Origin: a bacterium
GTDB lineage: Bacteria > Electryoneota > RPQS01
Length of the DNA: 64,000 bases
Direction: 5' to 3'
NCBI GenBank assembly: GCA_016702305.1
Contig: JADJEH010000011.1
Span: forward strand, 19,561-83,560
This document shows, piece after piece, positions 1 through 12,600 of this stretch (positions are counted from its first letter, which is position 1; every line of letters starts with the position of its first letter). The translations under genes and the position numbers were made by a program. A model generated the notes under the pieces. It searched no databases and was not told the DNA's origin. It worked only from the letters and a program-made list of their open reading frames with translations.

Positions 1-2918
1 TGATATCTTGCTGTTTGCGAGCGCGCCGTTAAAGTACCTTGTATTTGACGAGGCCCATACATACGATGGCGCCGCTGGCGCGGAAGTCGCGTGTTTGATC
101 AGACGAATTCGAGGATTGGCCCGAAAGTCACCTGAAGAGGTTATCTGCATTGGCACATCGGCGACTTTGACCGATCCGCAGAAAGCAGATGATGACGGAG
201 CTGCCAAACGCTTTGCGTCACGCTTCTTCGGCGTTGATGAAGCCAACGTTAGCTTGGTAGGCGAGGCATACGTCCAACGGGAATGGCCGCAAGAAAGATA
301 TCGGCCGGAACCTCCGCAAGGCAACGGCATGGAAAGAGTGAATCGGCTCATGACTGCACTCGGTGAGGAAGCTGACATTGCCGTCATCAAGTCCGAAGTG
401 GAATGGCTGACAGGCAAAACGTTTGAACCGGGCAAAGATTGGAGAACCTCGCTCTTTGACCACCTCATTGGGAATGATTACGTCTATTGCGCCGAGAACG
501 CTCCAAGGCTCCGCAAGAACTTGTGGAAGGCGCGTGGATTGTCTCAAATCAGCTGAAACCCAATCGTCTTCCTCAGGAGCCTGGCTAACGCAGAACTGCT
601 GGCGTATCTTGCGCTCGGCGCTGCGGCCCGGAAAGATGATGAGTCATTGCTTCGACCCAAGGTTCACTTCTTCATCCGCGGCTTAGAGGAAATGGTTGTT
701 GGGATTGGAGGCGATGCTGATGCCACGAGAGTCGAGCTCTACCCCTCAATCAAACATGGCAAAGACGCAAGGCCGCTCGCACGAGATAGTGCGCTATTTC
801 CAGTGCTCGTCTGTCGTGAGTGCGGTCAGCACTACTTTGAACGGAAGTATGAGAACCTTGAGCTAAATCAGACAGGACGCCGAGTCGAATTGCTCAATGG
901 CAATGCACAAGGTGATTTACTCCGCGGTGGAAATGCGTGGTGGGGGCCGACATCAGCTGATTCAGGCACAAAGTTAGTCATGACCAATCGCCTATTGGAA
1001 GAAGGCGACGAAGATGAAGAAAGCGCGGCAGATAGGAAACTCACCAAGGCGTATCTCTGTCGAGATTGTGGAGCGTTGCATACAAATCCGGGAGAAAAGT
1101 GCTTAGCTGAAGGCTGTGGTCATCTGGCTGCACTGCTCCCGACTTATTTGATAGGCGAGAAGGTCTCGAGTTGCCCGACCTGTCGTGCATTGTCCCGGAA
1201 GATTGGGGGCAGAACGCTCGAGCCAGTGAGGTCGGTGCGCGCTGTTACTGTGTCAGACGTTCACATTCTTGCACAGGAAATGATCAATGCGGCCCCGGAA
1301 GGTCACAGGAAGTTGGTTGTTTTTGCGGATAGTCGTCAGGATGCGGCTTTTCGAGCGGGCTGGATTCAAGATCATGGCCGACGCATCCGGTTGCGTCATA
1401 TGATGTTGGAGGTGATACGCAAAGCTGATCAGCCACTTTCGTTTAATGATCTTACTGACAAGCTCCAAGGTAGCTTCCAACGTGACAAGAAACTCGCAGA
1501 AGCGCTGTTACCTGAAATGTTTGAGGAGGATGCAGCCATCATCTTCGAGCAACGAAACGAGTGGGTTCGCGTGGGCAAGGCACTTGGGTATATGGTGCTG
1601 CGTGAATTTACTTCCGGACTTCGTAAGCGAGAAGTATTGGAAGCTCTTGGCTTAGCGCGGCTCGAGTACAACGGCATCACGGCTGAAGATTCAGGTGTTT
1701 CCGCATGGGCAGCGATGGTGGGCATGGAACCCGAGGACGCTGTGCAAGGAATTTCGTCGTTGTTAGACAACTGGCGAAGAAGCCGAATGCTGTTCGTGCC
1801 GGATGACCCCATCTATTCGCGCTATCACCCGAAGGACAGTCCATATCTTCAAAGTGGAATTCTCCCATTGCGCGATTTTACGCCGACAGGGCTTGTCTTA
1901 AAACCCCTCGCGCAGAATCGAGCAAGGGCGAAGCGTTGGCGGAATCTCGTTAATGACAAAGGTTCCGGTGCGCTCCAAGTTCTTCTGCGAAAATGGACGC
2001 GAGGTCAAAGCAACATTGACGCCATGAAATGGGCAGAATTCCTTTGGGACATTCTTACAACGAATTTGAAGTTGCTTGAGAATGTCATTCTACTTGACTC
2101 CCGAGGTAAAACGCTCGCAGACGAAGTCTGGCAGCTCAACTCGGATTGCATTAAGGTAGTAGAACAGAGTGGGCGTTTCAGATGCAAGAAGTGTCAACGC
2201 GTTACATCACGACCATCTCCCCAAAACCTCTGCATGCAACGAAACTGTGATGGAACGGTCGTCCACGAAGAACCAAATTTTGAGGACTATAACGTCTCTA
2301 TTATGGACCGTGCCTTTACCATGGTCAATGCGGAAGAACACACCGCTCAGGTTCCCGGAACGGTCAGGGCAAAGGTTGAGCAAGACTTCAAATCGGCAAA
2401 GGGTAGAACAAACTGCTTGGTTGCAACTCCCACACTTGGAGTTGGGAGTTGATATAGGCGCGCTAGACATGGTCTTACTCCGGAACGTGCCCCCACAATC
2501 AAGCAATTACTGGCAACGTGCCGGTCGTGCCGGACGTCAGGAGCGCATGGCTGTAATCAGCACTTATTGCAGGAGAGCCAATCACGATCGGTTCTTCTTT
2601 GAGGATCCCTTAAGGTTGCTTAGTGGTTCAATCGCTGCGCCGGCGTTCAATTTGCGAAATCCGGTCATGCTTGAAAAGCATATAAGGGCAACGATACTTA
2701 CTGAATTGTTGCAATTGTCTCACGGCAATACCGAACAAGCAAGACACATTCAAACAGTGCTCAGTGTTTTGTTCCCGCCGTTCATTCGTGACTACTTGCT
2801 GGATTCCAACAACAGTTATAAGACAGATCCACAAACTACCGCGTCACTTGGTACTTTGCTTGACCAACAATGTACTACTTTGACGAAAAACGTTCTTTCC
2901 CACTTCGTGAAATTCTGA
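1..2918 (+). CDS. Superfamily-2 DEAH-box helicase, 5'-partial at the window edge, with Zn-ribbon inserts. The reading frame is broken by an in-frame TGA at 554-556 and a 1-nt indel near 2438
   Basis: Motif II 'VFDEAHTY' and motif III 'GTSATL' lie in ORF 8..556. A motif IV-like 'KLVVFADSRQDAAF' sits near nt 1310. Motifs V/VI 'VATPTL(E)LGVDIGALDMV...QRAGRAGRQ' span the frame switch at ~2440. Four Cys pairs fall between the RecA-like halves (CRECG, CRDCG, CLAEGC, CPTC). Pieces 8..556, 647..2452 and 2169..2918 join into one protein if one base is removed near 2438. Confidence 0.7.
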
Positions 2919-2986
2919 CCAGACGAAACAAATGGGGTTGGTAGATAGGGGCGGATTAAGGCCGTGATACAGACACTCCGGACGAA

Positions 2987-4473
2987 TTGTCATTAGTGAT
3001 ATCGAGGCTTCACAAGCGGCTAGACTGGGCGCTTGATACTCAGAAAGAGCTGCACCGCAAGAAAGAGACTAGGAAACTCGACCAAGAAGAGCGGCAGATG
3101 CTGCGGCGGTGCAACGACTTTATTGAGATATCACGAGTCGTGAACGATCGACTTATACGCTTGCCGTTCTGAGCACCGAAGGTTTCTTCCAGGGTATGGC
3201 ATGTACGAGGGCGGGATCACGGCTTCAGCAGCATCAGGATTTTCTCAGAGGTCTGGTCCAGTCACGTTTGAATTGTCGAGGTCACAAGCCGTTGCGTTGG
3301 GAGAGTTTGTGCCCGGGAATAGGCTGTATGCAAATCGAGGAACCTTCTACGTTTCACGCTACCATCTAGGTGCAGGAACTGAAGGTCAAATTGAATTACT
3401 GTCAGTTGACCCAGAGCAGGGGTTTGTTGCTCGCGAAGGCGTTGCCTCAGCATATGGTCAAACGGGTTTCCAAACACTTTATGCAATGCCAATTGTTGAC
3501 CTAGATATTGCGCATGAAGGTCGCATTACTGAGGACGAGGTCCTTCGCTTCTCAATGCCAGTTCTGATTGCGGGTCGTCTATTGAAACATCATCGAGGTG
3601 GCAAAGCATTCAAAATAGGTAAGTACGGAGACCCACATGTTGCGTGGCCAAGGAATACAGCTTGTGAATCTTGGCGAGGCAGGGCTTGCAAAGGCTAGTG
3701 GAGGCGCCACGAACTAGGGTTTCATATTTGTTCTGTATGTGGGGCAGCCAAAAGCCCTTACGTTGTACCTCTCGAGCGACAACATTTTGATGAACACCAC
3801 AGGGAGCGTTGCGGCCGGGATCCTGTTCAATTAGGTCTATCTGCAAAGACAGACGTTGACATGCTATTGTTCCACAAAATCAGTAGCCTGCCAGAAGGTG
3901 TGAACATTGAGAGATACTAAGAACTGCCGCAGCTCGAATATTAGACATGGGGCACGATGACCTCAACTGATGCCAATACCTGGTTCAGATGGCACTCTAG
4001 ACTACACTATTTATGACCCGATGCCAGGCGGTTCTGGGTTCTTGACCAAATGTTAAAACGTTGGCCGGAGTTAATAGAAGCAGCATATGATGTCGCCTCC
4101 TGCAAAGCCGCTTGCGAGCGTGCCTGTTACATTTGCCTTAAGACCTATCGAAACCAGTTTCAGCATGACCACCTTGATAGAAACTTAGCCCGTACCCTTC
4201 TTGTCGAACTGGGCCAAGCCCCAGAATTGCATCGCGACATTGAGCCGGTCCTTGATAAAGGAGACTCCGGAACTGGGTCACCAAGCAATCCCCCCTGGGA
4301 TGAGCAGATCTCTGCATGGCGACCCTCAGCAACAAGTTCGTGACAATATCATTCGCCAAGCATTAGAACTCGACGGTTTCGCCGTAATTGTAATCCAAAG
4401 CAGAGATCTCAATGATCCGGAAATAATGAGATCGCACATGGCAACTTTGTCGGCCGCATTGTCAAAAGCCTAA
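2987..4473 (+). CDS. Cys-rich Zn-binding region resembling the DUF1998/MrfA C-terminal domain. It is either the helicase C-terminus or a separate DrmB-like partner gene, and has several frame breaks
   Basis: Co-directional ORF pieces 2987..3172, 3201..3698, a frame at 3720-3900 and 4050..4343/4201..4473. Cys clusters 'ICSVCGAAK...HFDEHHRERC' and 'CKAACERACYICLKTY', plus a 'YDPMPGGSGF' motif. It sits directly 3' of a DEAH helicase, as in MrfA, DruE and DrmA/B architectures. The domain call is from memory of family signatures, not a search. Confidence 0.4.
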
Positions 4474-4581
4474 TGACAAGAACAGAGATTTTCGCGGATA
4501 TGGGCGCAGGCGCACCTTACCAAACCATTGTAAATCCCCTCCCGCCTACCCCAGCGTCGCGCATCCGGGTAAAGAACTTGA

Positions 4582-5214
4582 TTGATTATGATACTCGAGA
4601 ACCTTCTTGCATCAATCGTTGGTGGCGCAGTAGTCTGGGGGTTTAGCGAATTGACACATCGCCGACGTTCCTCAGACGAACATCGCGCCGCTATCGGCAG
4701 GGTCCTATTTGACCTCGCTGAAGTGCGGCATGGGTTGACGTATGTCAGCGTAATGGGGGAGTTGTTTGACTCTATGGACGTTAATTTCCTCGCATGACCG
4801 AATGGCTGCAAAGTGACCATTGGCAAGATACTGCCGCCGATGCCAGACCTTCATCAGAGGCTTGATGAGGCGTTGCGCTTCGTGGCAGGTACCGATCCGG
4901 ATCTTGCCTTTCGAATGCGGAGTAAGGACCAAGTCGAGTCAATACTTTCTCGCTGGCAAGCCGTGGTTGCTGAACACATAGATGACATTAGCGCATTACA
5001 AACGAATGAGCTACTCGAACCTCTAATTGTCAATTCAGCATGCGAGACGTTAGACGAAGCCATTCTTGAGCTCGCCAAGCGGCATGGCAAGTCCACGCTT
5101 TCCGACTTTGAAAAGCGTGTCAGCAAATGGAAGGATCGACCTGCACTGCTTGCAGAGGTAAAGAAGGAATTGGCTGAGAAGATCCCGCAGCTTGCTTATC
5201 TGCAGAATGAATAG
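4582..5214 (+). CDS. Hypothetical protein of ~210 aa. A single frame is interrupted by an in-frame TGA at 4798-4800
   Basis: ORFs 4582..4797 and 4813..5214 share frame 1 and are separated by one TGA. No recognisable motif. It lies between the helicase and the SIR2 gene. Confidence 0.3.
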
Positions 5215-5381
5215 GTGGATTCGAGGCGCTGGTTCGTTGATCTAACAGTAAGTAGTATGGCGCCGAGAACCTGACTTTCCAATCTCATTTGGTTATTTTC
5301 TTACTGTATTCGGGCCACAAGAAAGGTCCAATAAGGGTTATCTTGTGACAGGCGACCAACTATAAATCGGGAACATCACCC

Positions 5382-6710
5382 ATGTCTATTAATACATCAG
5401 ACGAGAAATGGAAGAACCACCTTTACAGGACTGGCTCACATATCGGTAGCTATGACGACGTTCCAGACAATCCCGATCAATTGCGTAAGCATATAGAGCC
5501 GTGGCTGTCTGCGGTTTTTCAAAGTGAGCATTTGTCACTACTTCTCGGAAATGGTTTTGGAATAGGGGTTTCCGGTGGCAAATTCATGGCTAGCATGGGT
5601 GTCTCCCGGGATTCGACGGGCCATTGGCCGAATTTGTCGAACAGGCCTCAAGTAGGTCAGCAAAATGCTCCGAACGTGGAGTGCCCAATTTTGAGGACAA
5701 CTTACGCGTTGCAAATGAACTACTAAGAGGACTGGAGATTCTCGCCGATCCTCGCTCAACCGACCTGCAAACGCAAATTGGCACGAAGCTCCAGGTCTTC
5801 CTAAAATCGGTCTTGGAGTCTGAGCGCGACCTCCTCGCTGTCTTTGATAAAGGTGATCCTGAAGCGAACCTTCGACAAAATCTCCTCATATCTTTTCTTG
5901 TTGAGTTTTTGCAAGTCGAACACCATCTCGAGAGAGGCTAAATCTATTTACAACAAATTACGACCGACTTATCGAGTATGGTTGTGACCAAGCTGGGCTA
6001 CGCATCATGGATCGATTTGTTGGGATGTTGTCACCAGTGTTTCGTGCCTCACGTATGAATCTAGACTTTCATTACAACCCTCCCGGCATTCGCGGCGAGC
6101 CACGGTATTTGGAAGGTGTGATAAGGCTGTTCAAATTGCATGGCTCAATTGATTGGCGCCAATTGCGGCGAGAAATAAGGCGTCAGTCACTGCCTTTTGG
6201 CGCGCCTGACAACCATCCTGCGATAACAATGGGTCCACCAGACGGGGTAATCATATATCCAAATGCTGCAAAGACATGGAGACATCCGAGTATCCATACG
6301 CTGAACTATTCCGCGACTTCGCGGCTGCTACGTGCCGACCTAACTCAGTGCTTGTCACTTATGGCTATGGTTTTGGCGATGACCACGTTAACCGCGTGAT
6401 TCGGGATATGCTCACGATTCCTTCAACGCATGTGGTAATTATTTCGTATGACAATCCGGGGAAACGAGTTGAGTCGTTCTGCGACAAAGTGGGCCACAAA
6501 GCTCAGATATCACTCCTCATTGGTTCACACTTTGGTGAATTTCAAAGCCTTGTCGTAAACTACCTACCCAAGCCAGCGATTGATCTCATTTCTTCACGAA
6601 AAACCGAATTGCTACAGCGGCGCGGTGATGAACTACTGAGTACTCCTGACGACGCAACTGTAAAGCAAGGAGCTGGAGTCGGAGGCAATACAAATGCAAA
6701 CACCAATTGA
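5382..6710 (+). CDS. SIR2-family NADase-like defence protein, the SIR2 partner of a SIR2-HerA system. It is split into four frame pieces
   Basis: Gly-rich NAD loop 'LLGNGFGIGVSGG'. 'LFTTNYDRLIEY' reads in frame 1 just upstream of ORF 6007. 'KLHGSIDW' follows. These are the classic SIR2_2 motifs GxG, TTNYD and KLHGS. Pieces 5382..5726, 5624..5941, 6007..6399 and 6276..6710 are co-linear. Confidence 0.65.
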
Positions 6711-8790
6711 AAGTGCTGCTGCACTAACTATCGGAACGGTTGAATCCGTATCGCCATCCGAGATTTGGGTTCTACTCGATACTGATGCACCCCAAGCAAC
6801 CGCTTTGAATGCGGGTACTCCAATCGGATTCCCACGGATCAATGGATACGTATTAATTCCAAACGAGACGGGTGCAGTTGTCGGAATGATTGTTTGGTTA
6901 GGCGTGGAGAGATCTGCTTTCCCAAAGCGACCTGGAATGAAAGACTTTGGTCTTATTGACTTGCCCTATCCGCCCGAAAACTGAAGCTCACACCACTTGG
7001 TACCTTGGTTCAAAGAATGGAGAAGGGAACCTACTCTTACAGGCTAGAGCGTGGTGTTTCTGCCTTTCCATCAGTTGGTGATCCTGCATCATTGCCTACC
7101 GAGACCCAACTTAGGAGCATTATTGAAGCACCCGATGTAGCTGATCAAAGAGTAACGATCGGAACTTCACCGTTGACCTCCAGCGCGCGGGTAACTGTTG
7201 ACCCTAACAAGGTCTTTGGAAGACACCTAGCGGTTCTGGGTAATACTGGAAGCGGTAAATCATGTACGGTTGCTGGCCTTATTCGCTGGTCGCTGGCTGA
7301 AGCTAAGGAAGCGTGTGTGAAGAGCCAAAAGAACAATCAGGTTAACGCTCGATTCATAGTCCTTGATCCAAATGGTGAATATGGCTCGGCCTTTGATGAT
7401 CTAACCTCTGTACGGCACTTCCGTGTACCTCCTTGTGAAGCCCCGTTCAAAGACCCAGTGCTACCTGCCTGGATGTGGAATAGCCATGAGTGGTGCGCTT
7501 TAACGCGTGCTGCGCCTGGAATTCAACGCCCGTTGTTACTGCAAGCACTTCGAGATATGCGAGCAGGAACGGAACTCAAAGAGAGTACTGAACGCCAATG
7601 TTGCCGATATCTTCGTTCTCACCAGTTTTCTCTCGAAAATCGAGTTGTTCGGGGACTTGATGGCTATGCGGCATTCCCAGAGAGCAACAATTGCGGCCTT
7701 CAGTTTGCAAATATTGCAGAAGACACCAAAGAGGTATGCAAGTGAATTCTCGGATGATCAGCACAAATCACTTCAAAACCTTGCTGAAACCGCCCAAAAG
7801 GTAGCGGACAGTCGACATTGGGAGAATCTGGCAAAGGGAACTGGAGGTTATAACGCCTTCAGCGAGTCTGATGTATTATCAGTCATTGAGTGCATTCGCA
7901 AGGCACTTGGAGGCATTCCCGTGAAATTGACAACTGAGCCGATAAGCGAGGATGCTCCTTTGCACTTCGATGTCAATCTCCTTCCCGACCACCTCGAACA
8001 AGTCGCGAATATCTCGCCGAGCTCGCAGGCCTCGCTGCTCATATCGACCCTTACTTTACGAATCCGCATGATGCTAGCAGATCGAGACTGGGACCAGTTG
8101 TTAACCCGGACGCTGCTGCAATTTGCTTCGAAGACTGGCTGAGGTGATTACATTGGGAATGATGGAGCATCAATGGGCAGCTGGTAGTTCTGGATCTATC
8201 GTTGCTGGTCTCAGCTGACGTGCTTCTGGGTTGTCGCCGTCATAGCACGTATCGTTTTTGAAGCAGTACAACGATATCGGCGAATTGAGCACATGGAACT
8301 ACCCACGGTCCTCGTTTTAGAAGAAGCACATTCGTTCATTCAGAGAGGCAGTGAACAAGATGATGGAACACCAAATCCTACGCAGATGTGCCGACAGACA
8401 TTCGAGCGCATTGCTCGTGAGGGACGCAAATTCGGCTTGGGTTTGGTCCTCTCGTCACAACGACCTTCAGAACTTTCTTCTACTGTACTCGCGCAATGCA
8501 ACACCTTTCTGCTTCATCGTATCGTCAATGATCGCGACCAGGAGCTAGTAGGAAAACTCGTTCCTGACAATCTAGGCGGATTGTTAAAGGAACTCCCGAA
8601 CCTGCCGTCCCGCCAAGCAATTCTCTTAGGTTGGGCAGCACAAGTGCCCGTACTCGTAGAGATCAATGAACTTCGAGAAGAGCATCGCCCAAAATCCGCC
8701 GATCCGAAATTCTGGGAAGTTTGGACAGGGAGTGAAGAGCGAACTATCGACTGGAAGAAAATCGTTAGTGACTGGACGGGAACAACGTAG
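6694..8790 (+). CDS. herA: HerA-like FtsK/HerA-family ATPase with an N-terminal HAS-barrel. It is the partner of the upstream SIR2 gene and is split by frame breaks
   Basis: The N-terminal HAS-barrel-like segment is 'IGTVESVSPSEIWVLLDTD...NGYVLIPNETGAVVGMIVW'. Walker A is 'LGNTGSGKSCTV'. The Walker B region is 'VLVLEEAHSFI'. Pieces 6694..6984, 7005..7745, 7507..8142 and 8293..8790 are co-linear. The break at ~6977 is an A-run length change. Confidence 0.65.
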
Positions 8791-9685
8791 TGTGCTAAAG
8801 AACGGAGTGACTGCCCTACTTCGGTTTTGGGCCACGCACTTGGCACAAAAGGTGAGGGGTTATTACAAGTAGAATGTTCGATAAGTCCAGTCAGACGGCC
8901 CGACAGCGTATCATGGTATCGATTCAATGTCGTTCCCCCCAATCTTGAAATTCCGATCCGAATCGTGTATATTGATTCGATTATCATCCGTTTTCCGCAC
9001 GCTCTCGCTTCGACAAATGACGTAAAATCGTCTCGTCGTCGCGCCTGCCTTCCGTCAGCGCATTTGGCACAAAAGGATCAGTATTATTACGGTGTACTGG
9101 AGGGTAAAGGCCCGCTTGCCTGGATTAAAGAGATGATTCACCTTTGAAAGCGCTAGCTTTGTTGTTTACTGAACATAGTTTAGCAGGCCTTCCATGCAAC
9201 TCAAAAGCCGCGAAGGCGACGAAGGCGTGAAGTATTGGTAAATCAATCGTATAACAGCGAATCAAGGTGCGACCCGCGATGACGACACACGTAATCCCGT
9301 TTTGTCACATTGCAAAATAGCGTAGGGCAGAAGTCTCTCCGACCCACGAATTCTGCATAATAAATTCCGACTTTGGCCATAATTGGCGGACTCATTTGTA
9401 CTGGTCGTCACGAAGTGAACGCGTTCTGAGCAAACAGTCGAATAATCGATAGCCTCTAAAATACTCCTAATTGGGTCAGAATTAAGAACTCTGACCCAAT
9501 TTTTTTATTCACTCATTGATAAACAATAACTTATAGATTCCAGCAATGTGGAGAAAATCGAGATATGCATCTGACATTCGTTGACCCACGGCAACGTTCG
9601 CGCTAAATTGTGGATGCGAAGCAGATTCCATCTAGCCGCACGTTTCCCTCCCAGTTCAAGAGTTATCAATTTTACAAGGAACGCC

Positions 9686-12600
9686 ATGAAGACCCTGGTT
9701 TTCGTCTTGCTCACTTTTTGCAAGCTCTGTCTTTGCAATTCCCCAAATTGTCAATACCAAGGTCAGTTAACATTGTCGTCAGGAAGTCCACTGACAATCA
9801 CAGTGGCAATGTCGTTCAGCATTTATACTGAATTTTCAGGTGGTGCTGCGGTATGGACCGAAGTCCATCCTGCGGTCGTGGTCACCGGTGGCCTATTCAA
9901 TGTCAGCCTTGGATCGCTAACATCGCTTAACGATCTATTCGCCAACAATCGTTGGCTTGGAATCACTATCGGGTCGGATGCAGAAATGTTGCCGCGAGAG
10001 CAAATTAAGTCGGTTGCTCATTCTTATCGTGTTGGAACAGTGGATGGGGCAACGGGCGGTGTTATCACTGGGGATGTTCGTGGAACTGCAAAGGGAACCT
10101 TTGGTTCAGGAAGCATCGCTTCTGGTGTCGCTGCAACAGTCTCCGGGTGGTTCGGGCAACACTGCAAGTGGAGAATTAAGCACTGTTGGCGGTGGAGATG
10201 CCAATACCGCTTCAGGAACCTGGAGCACGGTTGGTGGTGGATACGAGAACACAGCCTCCGGTGAAATGTCCACGGTTTCTGGCGGCAATGTCAACTTCGC
10301 GCCATCAGACTACTCAACTGTTGGTGGTGGCGTAGGCAACAATTCATCGGCAGCCTATTCGACTGTAAGCGGCGGCGGCAATAACGAGGCAAACGGCGTG
10401 CATTCAACGGTGGGTGGCGGTACCAGCAATTTGGCCAACGATTACATTACGACCGTGTCCGGAGGACTTAACAACACGGCCAATGATTCCGGTAGCTTTG
10501 TAGGAGGCGGACAAGACAACGTCGCTATGAATTCTTTCGGTACAATCGGAGGGGGACGTAGCAATGCAACAGCAAGCTCCTATTCTACAGTTGGCGGCGG
10601 GCAAAACAACTCGGCATCGGACGACTATGCTTTTGTCGGCGGCGGACAAAATAATACTGCCGAAGCCACAGGCGCGTCCATTGTCGGCGGCGACAGCAAC
10701 CAAGTCTGGTCCAGTCACGCTTTCATAGGCGGCGGACAAAAGAATTACGCCAATGCTTCTGGCGCTGTGATCGTTGGTGGCGCAAATAACATTGCGTTCG
10801 GTATTAACTCAACCGTGGGCGGTGGTAGCTTCAATAAAGTGCGCGGCGACTATTCCCTGATCGCAGGCGGCGGGGGAATACTGCATCCGACTCGAACAGC
10901 ATTGATGCAATTTCTTACAATAGCATGATCGGAAACGGATCTCGAAACAAAGTACAAAACGCGCCTTACGGAGTAATCTCTGGAGGTAACAGTAACACTG
11001 TTTCAAACATGTTTTCTACAATCGGCGGTGGACTTAACAACGTTGCTAGTGGCAATACGTCTACTGTTGGCGGGGGAAACCTTAATCGGGCACGCGGCGA
11101 CTATAGTGTCATCGCGGGAGGAGGAGGCGGCGGCAGGGCAGACTCAAATAGCGCCAGCAACACCAATTCCACTATCGGCGGCGGCAAAAGTAATGTAGCC
11201 AGCGCCATTGGTTCGACTGTTAGTGGCGGTACCCGAAACAGGTCCCGGGGTGACTACTCGGTTGTGAGTGGAGGTGGCGGTGCATCTTCAGCAGATTCCA
11301 ACAGTGCCATCGGTGATTGGTCAACAGTGAGCGGTGGTCACAAGAATTTCTCTGGCGATCAGTTTGCGTCGGTTAGTGGAGGCGAGAATAACGCCGCAAG
11401 CGCGCTCGGTTCAACTGTGAGCGGCGGACGATTCAACCGTGCGAGCGGCGCATATTCAGTAGTTGCAGGCGGCGGAACCTCCTTGCTTGCCGATTCCAGC
11501 AGCGCCTCTGGTCTAAACTCTACGATCAGCGGCGGCCGAAAGCACTCGGCAAGCGGTAGTTACTCGGCAATTAGCGGTGGAAACGAAAACAACGCCAGCG
11601 GTACCTATTCATCCATAGGGGGCGGCGCCAGCAACATAGCAGATGGGATCGGCTCAACAGTCAGTGGAGGTCGCTTCAATCGTGCAAGTGGCCTATACTC
11701 CGTGATCGGCGGCGGCGGCGGTGCTTCAGAAGCCGACTCCAATATCGCCAGCAGTTCTTATGGTACAATCGGTGGTGGTAATCGAAACATTGCCAGCGAT
11801 GTGGGCGGGACTGTAAGTGGCGGGGTTGGGAACATCACGCGTGGTGTCTACTCAACTATCGGGGGCGGCTACAGCAACGGCGCACACGATACAGCAAGTG
11901 TGGTTGGCGGTGGTTACAACAATTCCCTCTATGGAGATTATTCGGTGATCGCAGGCGGCCAGAATAATCACACAGTACACCATTATGCGACTATCGCGGG
12001 AGGCTACGGTAACGAGGTGATTGGCTACTACTGCACCATTTCGGGTGGCGGGGACAATACGGTCACTTACAGTTATGCCACAGTTTCTGGAGGGCGCTAC
12101 AATGGAGCACACGGCAACCATGCCACGATAGGTGGTGGAACCTATAATTTCGCTCGCGCGAGCGGAGCAGTAATCGCTGGAGGTGGAACTGGCTCTGCCG
12201 CAGACTCAAATAGTACGGAGGGTGGTCAATCAACCATCAGTGGTGGATCAAGAAACTATATAGATAATGGCGGATTTGACGGGACAATTGGCGGTGGATA
12301 TTTTAACCGTGTAAGCGGACAGAGGGGCACCGTAAGCGGTGGCTCGCAGAACATCGCAAGCGGAGAATTTGCTACCGTAGCTGGAGGAGTAGGCAATACG
12401 GCTTCAGGCAACTATTCAATATCAATCGGTGGCGCAAGCAACAGCGCAAGTGGAGACGCCGCTACCGTTTGCGGATTTACGAACTCTGTAAGCGGAGATT
12501 ACGCGTTTGCGGCTGGAAAGAATGTGGATGTGGCAGGAACAGGTTCTGTAGCCCTGGGCGCCAACATTAGCTGCAGCGCCGACAGCTCGTTTGTCTTTTC

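Noticed and set aside
554-556. TGA recoded as a sense codon across the window
   Set aside because: Intact genes in the same window terminate with TGA (for example 16695-16697, 17957-17959, 22731-22733), and the organism is high-GC and T9SS-bearing, not an SR1/Gracilibacteria-type lineage.
8838-9080. Sigma-54 promoters at the two TTGGCAC sites
   Set aside because: TGGCAC is present but the downstream element after 5 nt is GTGAG or ATCAG and not TTGCW. The shared context is better explained as a direct repeat.
8827-9147. ORF 8827..9147 (106 aa) as a gene after herA
   Set aside because: It has no RBS, odd composition, and spans the two direct repeats. It is more likely noncoding.
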